From an uncultured Chloroflexia bacterium (GTDB taxonomy: Bacteria > Chloroflexota > Limnocylindria > Limnocylindrales > CSP1-4): a stretch of DNA of 64,000 nt. Numbering within the stretch: the stretch's first letter is position 1; every line of letters starts with the position of its first letter. Below, in pieces: positions 9,399 to 18,853 of the stretch. Under the pieces are notes generated by a model, which was given only the letters and a program-made list of their open reading frames with translations, searched no databases and was not told the origin of the DNA. The stretch covers positions 1,600,001 to 1,664,000 of the forward strand of contig OY970218.1 in the NCBI GenBank assembly GCA_963713975.1, in the 5' to 3' direction. The translations under genes were made by a program, and so were the position numbers.

Positions 9399-10589
9399 TT
9401 GCGCCCTTCGCTCGATCGGAGCCCACACATCGCACGCATTGGATTCGTTTCCACCTACCCTCCCCGCCGCTGCGGCATCGCCGCGTTCACCGCGGATCTC
9501 CGTCGGGCGACGGGCGGCCACGAGGTGGTCGCGATCGACGCGGACGGCCCCGCGCTCCCGTACCCGATCGAGGTCCATCACCGGATCCGCCGCGATGTGC
9601 GAGCGGACTATCCCCGCGTCGCGCGCCAGCTCAGCGCGTCCGTGGACGTGGTGTCCGTGCAGCACGAGTACGGCATCTGGGGTGGAGATGATGGCGACAC
9701 CGTCCTGGACTTCGTCAGCAACCTGACGGTGCCCGCCGTGGCCACCCTGCACACCGTCCTCCGGAGGCCCTCGTTCCGGCAGCGCTCCATCCTCTCCGAG
9801 CTCGTGCGGTCGGCTGCGGCGACGGTCGTCATGTCCAAGGCGGCCGCGACCCTGCTGACCCGCCTGTACGGCGTCGATCCAACGCGGCTCGACGTCATCA
9901 GCCACGGGGTGCCGGATCTCCCACTCGTGGATGCCGACAGTGTCAAGCCGGCCCTTGGCCTGGCTGGGCGCGAGGTGATCCTGAGCTTCGGCCTGCTCGG
10001 ACCCGGGAAGGGCTACGAGCTCGCCCTCGAGGCCCTGCCGGAGGTCGTGGCGGCCCGTCCCGACGTCCTGTACGTGATCCTGGGCGCCACGCACCCGGAG
10101 CTCGTCCGGCGCGACGGGGAGCAGTACCGCGCCTCCCTAGTGCGCCGTGCCGAGGAGCTTGGCGTGTCCGGCCATGTCCGCTTCGTCGACCGCTTCGTCG
10201 GGATGGCCGAGCTGACCCGGTGGCTGGAGTCGGCCGACATCTTCGTGACGCCATACCCGAACCTCGACCAGATCGTCTCGGGCACGCTCTCGTACGCGAT
10301 GGGGGCAGGACGCGCGATCGTGTCGACGCCCTATGCCTACGCGGCCGAGCTGCTTGCCGACGGGCGCGGCGTGCTGGTACCCCTGGATTCACCGGACACG
10401 CTTGCGGCGGCCTTCCGCGGGCTCCTCGCCGACGGTGGAGCCCGGGCGGCCCTGGGCCGGCGTGCGTACGAGCACAGCCGGGGCATGATCTGGCCCGCCG
10501 TGGGAAGCGCGTACCGACGGGTGTTCGAGCGCGCGGTGATGGGCCACGTCAGCGCCGAGCCGCAGGATCTGCTGATGGCGAGTGTCTGA
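9399..10589 (+). CDS. Glycosyltransferase family 4 (GT-B)
   Basis: FVSTYPPRRCGIA, VQHEYGIWGG, FGLLGPGKGYE, QIVSGTLSYAMG; start uncertain (TTG 9399 or 9342). Confidence 0.9.
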   Translation: MRPSLDRSPHIARIGFVSTYPPRRCGIAAFTADLRRATGGHEVVAIDADGPALPYPIEVHHRIRRDVRADYPRVARQLSASVDVVSVQHEYGIWGGDDGDTVLDFVSNLTVPAVATLHTVLRRPSFRQRSILSELVRSAAATVVMSKAAATLLTRLYGVDPTRLDVISHGVPDLPLVDADSVKPALGLAGREVILSFGLLGPGKGYELALEALPEVVAARPDVLYVILGATHPELVRRDGEQYRASLVRRAEELGVSGHVRFVDRFVGMAELTRWLESADIFVTPYPNLDQIVSGTLSYAMGAGRAIVSTPYAYAAELLADGRGVLVPLDSPDTLAAAFRGLLADGGARAALGRRAYEHSRGMIWPAVGSAYRRVFERAVMGHVSAEPQDLLMASV

Positions 10590-11709
10590 CCGCCGGCCCA
10601 TCCACCCCCCGGTTCGAACGCACCTTGACGCCATCAGCGATGCGACCGGGATCTTCCAGCACGCCCTCGGAGCCTGGCCGGACCCAGCGCACGGGTATTG
10701 CACGGACGACGTGGCCCGTGCCCTGCAGGTCGACTTGCTGCAGGCCGGACGGCTCGGGTGGGCTGCGGTTGCCGCCAGCGCCCGGCGGAACCTGGAGTTC
10801 CTCGAGGCCGCGTTCGACGCGGACGCCGGTCGGTTCCGGAACTTCCGGGCCGCGGACGGGACCTGGCTCGATGCGCCGGGCTCCGACGACTGCCAGGGCC
10901 GCGCGATCCATGCCCTCGGCGACGCCACGGCGGCGCGCCATGACCGTGACCACGCCGCGCGCGCCAGGACCCTCTTTCGTGCCGCCGTCCCTGCTGCGCT
11001 CCGGATGACATCCCCGCGTGCCAGCGCGTCGGTGATCCTGGGCTGCTCGGCCGTGGTGGGCGCGGGCGGTGCCGCCTGGCTCGAAGCCCGGTATCGGAAG
11101 CTCGCGCTGTGTCTCGGGGAGATCTTGGAGCTGGGCGTCGTCGAGTACGGCTCGGCTGCCTGGCCGTGGCCGGAGCAGCGCCTCACGTACGAGAACGCAC
11201 TGCTCCCACGGGCGCTGATCGTTGCGGGCGCCGACCTTGGGGTCATTCGCCTGGAGCAGCAGGGGATCGCCATGCTTGACTGGCTGAGCGCGATCCAGGT
11301 GGCGCCAGCGGGCCACCTCGCGCCGGTCGGCAACTGCTGGTGGGCCGCGGATGGCCCGAGGGGCAGGTTCGACCAGCAGCCGATCGAGGCCGCATCGCTC
11401 CTCCTCGCCGCCGGGGCCGCGCTGCGCGTGACAGGCCGGCCTGCCTATCGGGAGACCATGGAGCGGGCCTACGCCTGGTTCCTGGGCACGAACGACCTCG
11501 GCGTCTCCGTTGCGGTCGCGGCACGGGGCGCCTGCCATGACGGCCTGACACCGACCGGAGTCAACGGCAACCAGGGCGCAGAGTCGACGCTGATGTGGCT
11601 GACCGCGGTCGAGCGGATCGCGGCCATCCGTGCGGCGGATCTGGCGACCGTCCCTGACCGAGATCGACTTGTGGTCCCGCTGCGGCTTCTCCCGGCCCCG
11701 CCGGCATGA
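10582..11709 (+). CDS. GT4-associated conserved protein, predicted (alpha/alpha)6 glycosidase-like domain
   Basis: GIFQHA, GYCTDDVARAL, LTYENA, FDQQPIEA, CHDGL...NQGAESTL motifs of the domain often fused to this GT4 group; overlaps both neighbours. Confidence 0.75.
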   Translation: MSDRRPIHPPVRTHLDAISDATGIFQHALGAWPDPAHGYCTDDVARALQVDLLQAGRLGWAAVAASARRNLEFLEAAFDADAGRFRNFRAADGTWLDAPGSDDCQGRAIHALGDATAARHDRDHAARARTLFRAAVPAALRMTSPRASASVILGCSAVVGAGGAAWLEARYRKLALCLGEILELGVVEYGSAAWPWPEQRLTYENALLPRALIVAGADLGVIRLEQQGIAMLDWLSAIQVAPAGHLAPVGNCWWAADGPRGRFDQQPIEAASLLLAAGAALRVTGRPAYRETMERAYAWFLGTNDLGVSVAVAARGACHDGLTPTGVNGNQGAESTLMWLTAVERIAAIRAADLATVPDRDRLVVPLRLLPAPPA

Positions 11710-12659
11710 GCGACGCGATGGCACCCCTCCTGTTCAGGCGTTCGTCGGCGAACCCGATCCTGACTGCCGCCGACCTTCCCTACCCGGCCAACAGCGTCTT
11801 CAACCCGGGTGCCGCCCGTGTGGGCGACGAGACGGTGCTCCTCGTCCGAGTCGAGGATATGCGCGGCATCTCGCACCTGCACGTGGCGCGCAGCGCCGAC
11901 GGGGAGACCGGCTGGCGCTGGGACCCCGACATCCTGCTACGTTCGGACGTCACGCGGTACCCGGAGGAGATCTGGGGGTGCGAGGATCCGAGGCTGACAT
12001 GGCTGCCGGAGCGCGAGGAGTGGGCGATCGCCTACACGGCGTTCAGCCGGCGCGGCCCGCTCGTGTCCGTGGCCATGACCCGCGATTTCCGCACCGTGGA
12101 CCGCATGGGGCCCGTCATGCCGCCTGAGGACAAGGACGCGGCGCTGTTTCCCCGTCGGATCGGCGGTCGCTGGGCGATGATCCATCGCCCGTCACCGCTG
12201 CAGGGCAACGCCAACATGTGGATCTCCTACTCGCCCGACCTGCGCCACTGGGGCGACCACTCGCTCCTGCTCGAGGCCCGCGAGGGCGCCTGGTGGGACG
12301 CCGGCAAGATCGGCCTTGGCCCCCCGCCGATGGAGACCCCAGAAGGCTGGCTGATCATGTACCACGGCGTTCGCCAGACGTCGGACGGCCCCATCTACCG
12401 GGTCGGGCTGGCCCTGGTGGACCTCGAGGACCCGCGGATCGTCCTCCACCGGACCGACGAGTGGGTCTTTGGTCCGTCAGAGCCCTACGAGGTGCACGGC
12501 GACGTGGGGAGGGTGGTCTTTCCCTGTGGCTGGACGGTCGATCCGGACCGGGACCGGCTCACGCTGTACTACGGCGCCGCCGACACGGCCATCGGCATGG
12601 CCGTCGCCTCATACCGCGATGTCATGGAACGCATCCGGAGCGCGCCCTTGCCCGCTTGA
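11706..12659 (+). CDS. GH130 family glycoside phosphorylase/glycosidase
   Basis: NPIL, SVFNPGA, GCEDPRLT, EDKDAALFP, YHGV, VVFPCG, YYGAAD. Confidence 0.92.
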   Translation: MSDAMAPLLFRRSSANPILTAADLPYPANSVFNPGAARVGDETVLLVRVEDMRGISHLHVARSADGETGWRWDPDILLRSDVTRYPEEIWGCEDPRLTWLPEREEWAIAYTAFSRRGPLVSVAMTRDFRTVDRMGPVMPPEDKDAALFPRRIGGRWAMIHRPSPLQGNANMWISYSPDLRHWGDHSLLLEAREGAWWDAGKIGLGPPPMETPEGWLIMYHGVRQTSDGPIYRVGLALVDLEDPRIVLHRTDEWVFGPSEPYEVHGDVGRVVFPCGWTVDPDRDRLTLYYGAADTAIGMAVASYRDVMERIRSAPLPA

Positions 12660-12768
12660 GCCCGGGGTCGCCAACGGTGGCTATGCGTGGCAGGATCTTG
12701 CTCGGCTTGGCTCCATTCGACACCGCGGATCGAGCCGGGATCGCCCGTACGTCCCGCCTGGAGACTCC

Positions 12769-13461
12769 ATGTCAGAGTTGCCGCCGTTCGAGGGCTTCCG
12801 GCCCGACGCGATCGGCTTCCTCGTCGACCTGGCCGCCAACAACGACCGGGCCTGGTTCACGCCCCGCAAGGCCGAGTACGAGCGGCTGCTCAAGCGCCCG
12901 CTCGAGGCGCTGTGCGTCGCCCTCGCGGAGCGCTTCGAGGCGCGCGGGATCCCGCTGACCGCCGATCCTGCGCGCTCGCCGTTTCGCATCTACCGCGACG
13001 TCCGATTCGCCCGCGACAAGTCCCCCTACAAGACGGCCGCCAGCGCCTGGTTCCGTGCCCCGGGGGGCGGGCCCGGCGGCTACTTCCATCTCGAGCCCGG
13101 CGAGATCTTCGCGGGCGGTGGCCTGTATCACCCGGAGCCAGCGGTCCTGGTCTCCTGGCGGCGCCTCGTGGACACGGATCCCGGCACGATCCGGCAGGCG
13201 ATCTCCGACCCCGGGTTCACCGCGGCGTACGGGGAGCTCTCCGGCGAGCGGCTCAAGCGGCTGCCCCGGGGATTTGCGCAGGACCACCCGGACGCGGACC
13301 TGCTCGTGCTCAAGGACCTGGTCTTCTCCCGGCGCCTCTCGGACGCCGATGTGCTCTCGCCTGCCCTGCCGGACCTGCTCACGGACCTCTACGCAGCCGC
13401 CGGACCCGTGTGGGAGCTCCTGGCGCGTGTCGCAAACGGTGCCTCTGCCGAGGCCGGGTAG
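12769..13461 (+). CDS. DUF2461 / TIGR02453 family protein
   Basis: FLVDLAANNDRAWF, FRIYRDVRFARDKSPYKT, LKRLPRGF. Confidence 0.9.
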   Translation: MSELPPFEGFRPDAIGFLVDLAANNDRAWFTPRKAEYERLLKRPLEALCVALAERFEARGIPLTADPARSPFRIYRDVRFARDKSPYKTAASAWFRAPGGGPGGYFHLEPGEIFAGGGLYHPEPAVLVSWRRLVDTDPGTIRQAISDPGFTAAYGELSGERLKRLPRGFAQDHPDADLLVLKDLVFSRRLSDADVLSPALPDLLTDLYAAAGPVWELLARVANGASAEAG

Positions 13462-13471
13462 TGCGTCCGGC

Positions 13472-13499
13472 TTGACCCAGGGCAATACATCGGCAAAAT
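13472..13499 (+). promoter_or_regulatory. Putative sigma70 promoter for the metalloprotease/small-ORF pair
   Basis: TTGACC-N16-CAAAAT in an AT-richer patch. Confidence 0.45.
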
Positions 13500-13666
13500 C
13501 CCTGCCAGGCCACCTCGTCGACGTGACCGGTACGTGACCTGCCAGGGAGCCGGGCCGCACCTGGATGACGGATGCCGCCCGGTCTGCCCGATCGGGCAAC
13601 CAGATCGCCCGAGGAACTGCGCCACCTGCCGTTCCCGGATCCCAGCCGACAGAACACGATCCTGAG

Positions 13667-14938
13667 ATGGCACGGGCGCATGCGACCCATGGGCACGACT
13701 CCCGTGACGGGCGTTCCGGCGCGCGACCCGGGGGTCAGGGAACCGGTGGACGCTCGATCGTCGAGCGGGGTGCCATCTCGGCCCGCCACGTCAGCCCCTC
13801 GGCGATGACGCAGCTCCAGCGGCTCGCCGGCAACACGGCTGCCCGGGCGATGATCCAACGCCTGGTTGAGGACGAGGCAGCGCCGTACGGCGCCACCGAG
13901 CGCGAGGCCGGGGAGATCCAGCTGCCGCCGCCCACCGTGAGCGCGGGAGCCGGCGCATCGGCCGACGCCGGGGTCCCGGGCGCCGGGAACGCGCCACCAG
14001 GCCCGGAGGCGATGCACCGGACGATGCGTCGCGGGTCGCGCGGCGATGACGTCTCCGACCTTCAGACGCGCCTCAACGCGGCGGGTGCCGCGGAACCGGC
14101 TCTGGTCACCGACGGCATCTTCGGGCGGCTCACGCAGGCCTCGGCCCGGCAGTACCAATCGAGTCACGACCTCGAGCCGGATGGCATCGTGGGTCCGCTG
14201 ACCTGGGCCTCGCTCGATCCCGGGGGTGGTGGCGGCGGACCCCGGCCCGCTGTCGACCCGCTGGCTGGCATCGTCAGGATCGTTGGTCATGGCGCGGATG
14301 CCGCCGCGATTGCCCGTGCGCGTGCCCAGGCGATTGAGCTGTACGGTTCGATGGCCGCCGCCAACCGCGCCCGCATGGTCGCCGACCCGATCTCCATCGA
14401 CGTCATCCCACACGCCAGAAAGCTGACCGAGCTGCCTGAATACGCCCACCTGGCCGGCACCCAGACCTTCGACGGCAGACTCTGGGACAACGTGCGCGGC
14501 ATCCAGACGACCGTCAACGGCGTCCGACGGGTCGCCGTGGCCGAGGAGGACCTGATCACGGTTGCCGGGACGGCCGCCTCATACGGATCCGGCTTCCTCG
14601 AGGCCCACGAGGGCGGTCACGGCCTGCAGTTCTCCGGACTCACGGCGACACAGCAGGCGACCCTCCAGACGATCTACACGGCGCGTCTGGCCGCGAGCGG
14701 CCCGATCACCCAGGCGACGCCGGCAAGTGCCGCGACGGCGATGTGGCTCAACCCGTCGTGGTACTCCGCCGCCAACAAGGAGGAGTACTTCGCGAACTCC
14801 GTCGCGGCCTACCATGGTCACCCATACACGAACGGTGCGGCCGACGTCGCCATCTACACGCGGGCGTGGCTCGCCACCAACGACCCGGCGATGCACCGGC
14901 TGCTCCGGGCCGTCTACCAGCAGGGGGGCTCACCATGA
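13667..14938 (+). CDS. Peptidoglycan-binding domain protein with C-terminal zincin metalloprotease (anthrax LF/Pro-Pro endopeptidase-like); putative effector
   Basis: PG_binding_1 (RRGSRGDDVSDLQTRL...DGIFG...DGIVGPLTW); HEGGH zinc motif plus EEYFA; KLTELPEYAHLAG...WDNVRG; start uncertain (13565 or 13667). Confidence 0.8.
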   Translation: MARAHATHGHDSRDGRSGARPGGQGTGGRSIVERGAISARHVSPSAMTQLQRLAGNTAARAMIQRLVEDEAAPYGATEREAGEIQLPPPTVSAGAGASADAGVPGAGNAPPGPEAMHRTMRRGSRGDDVSDLQTRLNAAGAAEPALVTDGIFGRLTQASARQYQSSHDLEPDGIVGPLTWASLDPGGGGGGPRPAVDPLAGIVRIVGHGADAAAIARARAQAIELYGSMAAANRARMVADPISIDVIPHARKLTELPEYAHLAGTQTFDGRLWDNVRGIQTTVNGVRRVAVAEEDLITVAGTAASYGSGFLEAHEGGHGLQFSGLTATQQATLQTIYTARLAASGPITQATPASAATAMWLNPSWYSAANKEEYFANSVAAYHGHPYTNGAADVAIYTRAWLATNDPAMHRLLRAVYQQGGSP

Positions 14939-15216
14939 CCGGAAATCCGGCCCCGCGCCACATCCGTCTCTGGCGCGAGGGTCGCCTGGCGCTGGACCTG
15001 ATCGAGGTGCCGGGGATCCTCGTCAGCACCTCCGCTCCGCCACCGCTACCGGGCCAGGGGCCGGACGTCCATCCGTTTGCCACCGCCACAGCGTATGTCG
15101 CCGAGTGGGAGGGCGAACTAGGATCGCTGCTGCGTACGGCGGCCGATCTGGACGCGTTCCTCGCCGCCGCCGTCCCCTTGGGCTATGTGATCGAGGAGCC
15201 GATCGAATCGGCCTGA
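14935..15216 (+). CDS. Small hypothetical protein (93 aa), candidate immunity protein or inhibitor
   Basis: ATGA overlap with the upstream stop; plausible codon usage. Confidence 0.65.
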   Translation: MTGNPAPRHIRLWREGRLALDLIEVPGILVSTSAPPPLPGQGPDVHPFATATAYVAEWEGELGSLLRTAADLDAFLAAAVPLGYVIEEPIESA

Positions 15217-15343
15217 TCCGGGTCGTGACTGGCGGGCGTCCGCCCGACACCTCCGCCGTCAAGCAGGTTGTCGCCGGGGTGGCGGAGTCCGTGAGTCGCA
15301 TACGTGGTGGCGCGCGACCCGGGGTCGCCAACGCCGCGCCCCG

Positions 15344-15994
15344 CTATGCCCTGAGGCGGTACACCCGACCCTGGGTCTGCGCCATGTCCTCGAGCGCCGT
15401 GCTGGACCGGACGTCGTAGGCAGCGATCTCGTCGAGCTCGCCGACCGGCAGATAGCGGCGGCCGGGGTCACCCACGAGGATATCGATCCCCGCTGCGTGC
15501 GCACGCCGCAGCCAGGGCAGCACGCGTTCGGCGAGCCCGCCCTCGTAGCTGAAGTCACCGGCGAGGATGACGTCGGCGTCCGGCGGGTCCTCGTCGAGCA
15601 CATCGCGCCGGACTACGGCAACCCGATGGCCGTTGGCGCGTGCGTTGAGCTTGATCGAGGCCGCAGCGAACGCGTCGACATCCGCGGCCGTCGCGGCCGT
15701 CGCGCCCGCGCACATGGCAGCGATCGCGCACAGCCCGGAACCGGACGCTAGATCGAACACCCGGCGACCGGTCACGACCGACGGCTGCTCACGCAGGTAG
15801 CGCCCGATGGCGAGACCCCCTGCCCAGGCGACAGCCCAGTAGGGGACCGGGGCGTCGCGATCGCCGGTCTCGACCTGGGTGGCATGCCAGAGAGGCTCCA
15901 GCTCGTCGGCCAAGTGGAGCCGGATCTCCTCGAGGCCGGGGACCGGCCGCAGGCGCGTATGGCGGAGGACGAAGGCCCCGGGCGAGGCCGTCAC
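15344..15994 (-). CDS. Class I SAM-dependent protein methyltransferase (ETFbeta-KMT/METTL20-like)
   Basis: PYWAVAWAGGLAIGRY, DLASGSGL, ILAGDFSYE, VGDPGRRYLP. Confidence 0.88.
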   Translation of the reverse strand: MTASPGAFVLRHTRLRPVPGLEEIRLHLADELEPLWHATQVETGDRDAPVPYWAVAWAGGLAIGRYLREQPSVVTGRRVFDLASGSGLCAIAAMCAGATAATAADVDAFAAASIKLNARANGHRVAVVRRDVLDEDPPDADVILAGDFSYEGGLAERVLPWLRRAHAAGIDILVGDPGRRYLPVGELDEIAAYDVRSSTALEDMAQTQGRVYRLRA

Positions 15995-16388
15995 CGCTGG
16001 CCTGCCAGCCAGGCGTGTTCCCCGGCAAGCACGAGTATCACGGTCCGGACGCCGGCGAGCGGCGACCGGGGGTCAGCATCATCGCTTGCTCCCGTCCAGG
16101 CGTCGTTCATCGGTGGCTGCCACTCGGCCGGCGGCCGGGGTTGGGCCATGCGGTGCGCCTCCGTCCTGCTGCGGTTGATGTGGCGGCTCTGGTCGGCCGA
16201 GGCACTCTCACACGCGCGCGGCTCGGCGGCAAGGGCCCAGGGTTTGGCGCACGTGGCGCCCCGGCACCGAGACGTGTTGGTGAAGCCCTCCCGCGCGGCT
16301 CTTGACGGTCTCGGACCCGCCTCCGAACATTGGCCGGACCGATCATTGACGGAAGGGGGCCGCCAAGGATGTCGTCATCGATGCCACC

Positions 16389-17297
16389 GTGAGCCCGGAT
16401 GCGCCGATCGTCGTCCGTCACGCTCGGTACGCGGTCGTGGACCCGCCGGGCCCGATGCAGGTCCAGCTCCGCGTCGAGGCGGTGACGCGGGCCGGCGATG
16501 ACGTCCTGATTGCCGAACCGGCCGTGAGCGTCTCGGTTCGGCCGGATGATCCCAGCGTGATCGCAAGCCAGGGCATCGGCTACAGCGGCACGCAGGGGGC
16601 CCAGTTCGACCTCACCGGTACCTGCCGCCTGGGGTGCAGCGGCGGTGTCACGATCGTGGTGCGCGCCGGGCCCGGGCTCGACCCGACCGACGTCGGCCTC
16701 CGCACCTCGCTCGTCCTCACCGACTCGTCCTACAAGACACCACCGACGGACGCGATGATCGAGGTGGGCGAAGACGACCCGCCGGCCGGCCGGATTCCGA
16801 CCGTGTCGACTGCCGCCATCAGCCCGGTGATCCGCGTCTCCTCGGCACAGGAGATCGCCTCCATCCAACTGGTGCTTCACGCGGATGAGCGATTGCTCGC
16901 TGCTCCCCTCGAGCTTCCGCGCGTGGGGTCGCTCAGCATCCGGCTCGTGGGACAGGGCGAGGCTCACCAGCTCCTGTGGAGGCCGTCGGCCGGTGGGTCG
17001 ACCGGGTTCGCGACGGTCGGGGGTGCCCAGTACTTCCTCGCGGGCGAGAGCTGGCCCTTCGAGGTTGACTGGCTGCGGCTGTGCCAGCCGCACGCGCCGT
17101 GCGACATCCCGTTCACGGTCACCGCGGACTATCGGCACATCGCGAGCGAGGCGAGGGTTACGTCGGCCCTTCAGAACCAGACGAGCCCGCCGATCCCCAA
17201 TTCCTTCAGCTTCACGGTCGAGGTGACGGCCGCATACGAGGCGTTCGATGGCGCCGCGATCCCTGCCAATTCCCTGGAGCTGACCGTCCGGCCCTGA
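16389..17297 (+). CDS. Hypothetical beta-rich protein, possibly N-terminally truncated
   Basis: 302-aa ORF with coding-like composition; in-frame TGA at 16347 just upstream; no recognisable family. Confidence 0.55.
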   Translation: MSPDAPIVVRHARYAVVDPPGPMQVQLRVEAVTRAGDDVLIAEPAVSVSVRPDDPSVIASQGIGYSGTQGAQFDLTGTCRLGCSGGVTIVVRAGPGLDPTDVGLRTSLVLTDSSYKTPPTDAMIEVGEDDPPAGRIPTVSTAAISPVIRVSSAQEIASIQLVLHADERLLAAPLELPRVGSLSIRLVGQGEAHQLLWRPSAGGSTGFATVGGAQYFLAGESWPFEVDWLRLCQPHAPCDIPFTVTADYRHIASEARVTSALQNQTSPPIPNSFSFTVEVTAAYEAFDGAAIPANSLELTVRP

Positions 17298-17356
17298 TCA
17301 CGGCCCGCACCCGCCCCGAGACGTTTGGCCGCGCCCGCGACGCGGCGCCAACGCCG

Positions 17357-17965
17357 TCAGCCGGCGCTGAACCGCTCCTCGCCCCAGGGGTCGGCGTCGT
17401 TGTGGTAGCCGTAGCGTTCCCAGAAACCCGGTGAGTCGTGGTCCAGCAGCTCCAGGCCCCGGATCCACTTGGGGCCCTTCCAGAAGTACCGCTTGGGGAC
17501 GATCAGCCGCAGCGGGTACCCGTGGTCCGGCTCGAGGGGCTCGCCCTCGAAGGTGTCGGCCAGCAGCACGTCGTCGTCGTCCAGCACCGATAGCGGCACG
17601 TTGGCCGTATAGCCCTGTTCCGCGTGGCCGACCGCGTGGGTGGCCGCTGGCCGGACCTGCGCCAGCTCCAGGATCGTCTGGATCGCCACGCCCTCCCAGT
17701 GCGTGTCCAGCTTCGACCACCGCGTCACGCAGTGGATGTCCGTGGTGACCTGCTTGCGTGGCAGCGCCTGGAGCTCGGCCCAGGTGAGCCGGAGGGGGCT
17801 GTCCACCTCGCCGTAGACGCGGAAGTCCCAGGTCGCGAGGTCCACCGGCGGCACGGACCCGTAGTGCAGCACCGGGAACTTCTCGGTGAGGTACTGGCCG
17901 GGGGGAACCCGGTCCGCCGTGGCCGGATCGCCGCGCCGGTCGCCGAAGAGTCGCTCGAACATCAT
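17357..17965 (-). CDS. Sulfite oxidase-like molybdopterin oxidoreductase (YuiH-like)
   Basis: RVPPGQYLTEKFPVLHYG, DIHCVTRWSKLD, HGYPLRL, GFWERYGYH; AGGAG RBS. Confidence 0.92.
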   Translation of the reverse strand: MMFERLFGDRRGDPATADRVPPGQYLTEKFPVLHYGSVPPVDLATWDFRVYGEVDSPLRLTWAELQALPRKQVTTDIHCVTRWSKLDTHWEGVAIQTILELAQVRPAATHAVGHAEQGYTANVPLSVLDDDDVLLADTFEGEPLEPDHGYPLRLIVPKRYFWKGPKWIRGLELLDHDSPGFWERYGYHNDADPWGEERFSAG

Positions 17966-18080
17966 TGGTCTCCTGCGCCCGGGTGCTCCCGCCAGGGTGC
18001 TGGTCGCCCGGGCACCAGCCTGTTCGGTTGAACGATACCCGTGGATCGTGACAGGCCCGTGACCGGGGTAGAGTGGCGGC

Positions 18081-18851
18081 ATGCCCCACGCCCCGAAGGT
18101 GGTCATCGTCATGCCGGCGTACAACGCCGCCCTTACGCTGGAGCGGACGTACGCGGACATCCCGCACGATCTCGTCGACCACGTGATCCTGGTGGACGAT
18201 GTGTCGGCGGACCAGACCGTGGAGATCGCCCGGAGGCTCGGCCTGGAGGTGATCACCCACCGCCAGAACCTGGGCTACGGCGGCAACCAGAAGACCTGCT
18301 ACGAACGGGCGCTCGAGTGGGGCGCGGACGTCGTCGTGATGCTCCATCCCGACTACCAGTACGACGCGACGCGGATCCCGGACCTGGTCGCCCCGATCCT
18401 TGCCGGCACGGCTGACCTGGTGCTGGGCAGCCGCTTCCTGGGCGACCCGATCGCGGGCGGCATGCCGAGGTGGAAGTTCATCTCCAACCGGTTCCTGACC
18501 GGTGTGGAGAACCGAGCCTTCGGGCTCCACCTCTCCGAGTATCACACGGGCCTCCGCGCGTACAGCCGCAGGCTGCTGGAGACGATCCCGTACAGCCTCA
18601 ATTCCGATGACTTCGTGTTCGACCAGGACCTGATCGCGCAGGTCGTCGCGGCTCGCAACCTGGCGATCGGCGAGATCGCGGTCCCCACGCGGTACTTCTC
18701 TGAGGCAAGCTCCGTCGGCTTCAGGCGGAGCGTTGTCTACGGGCTCTCCACGCTGCGGGTCGTGGGGCGCTACCTCCTGCACCGGACCGGGCTGCGCCGG
18801 TCGGCGAAGCTCCGCCCTCGCGTCTCCGCGAGCGAGACCGGCGCCGCCTGA
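18081..18851 (+). CDS. Glycosyltransferase family 2 (polyprenol-phosphate glycosyltransferase-like)
   Basis: VMPAYNAA, ILVDDVS, NLGYGGNQKTCY, LHPDYQY, GSRF. Confidence 0.92.
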   Translation: MPHAPKVVIVMPAYNAALTLERTYADIPHDLVDHVILVDDVSADQTVEIARRLGLEVITHRQNLGYGGNQKTCYERALEWGADVVVMLHPDYQYDATRIPDLVAPILAGTADLVLGSRFLGDPIAGGMPRWKFISNRFLTGVENRAFGLHLSEYHTGLRAYSRRLLETIPYSLNSDDFVFDQDLIAQVVAARNLAIGEIAVPTRYFSEASSVGFRRSVVYGLSTLRVVGRYLLHRTGLRRSAKLRPRVSASETGAA

Positions 18852-18853
18852 CC

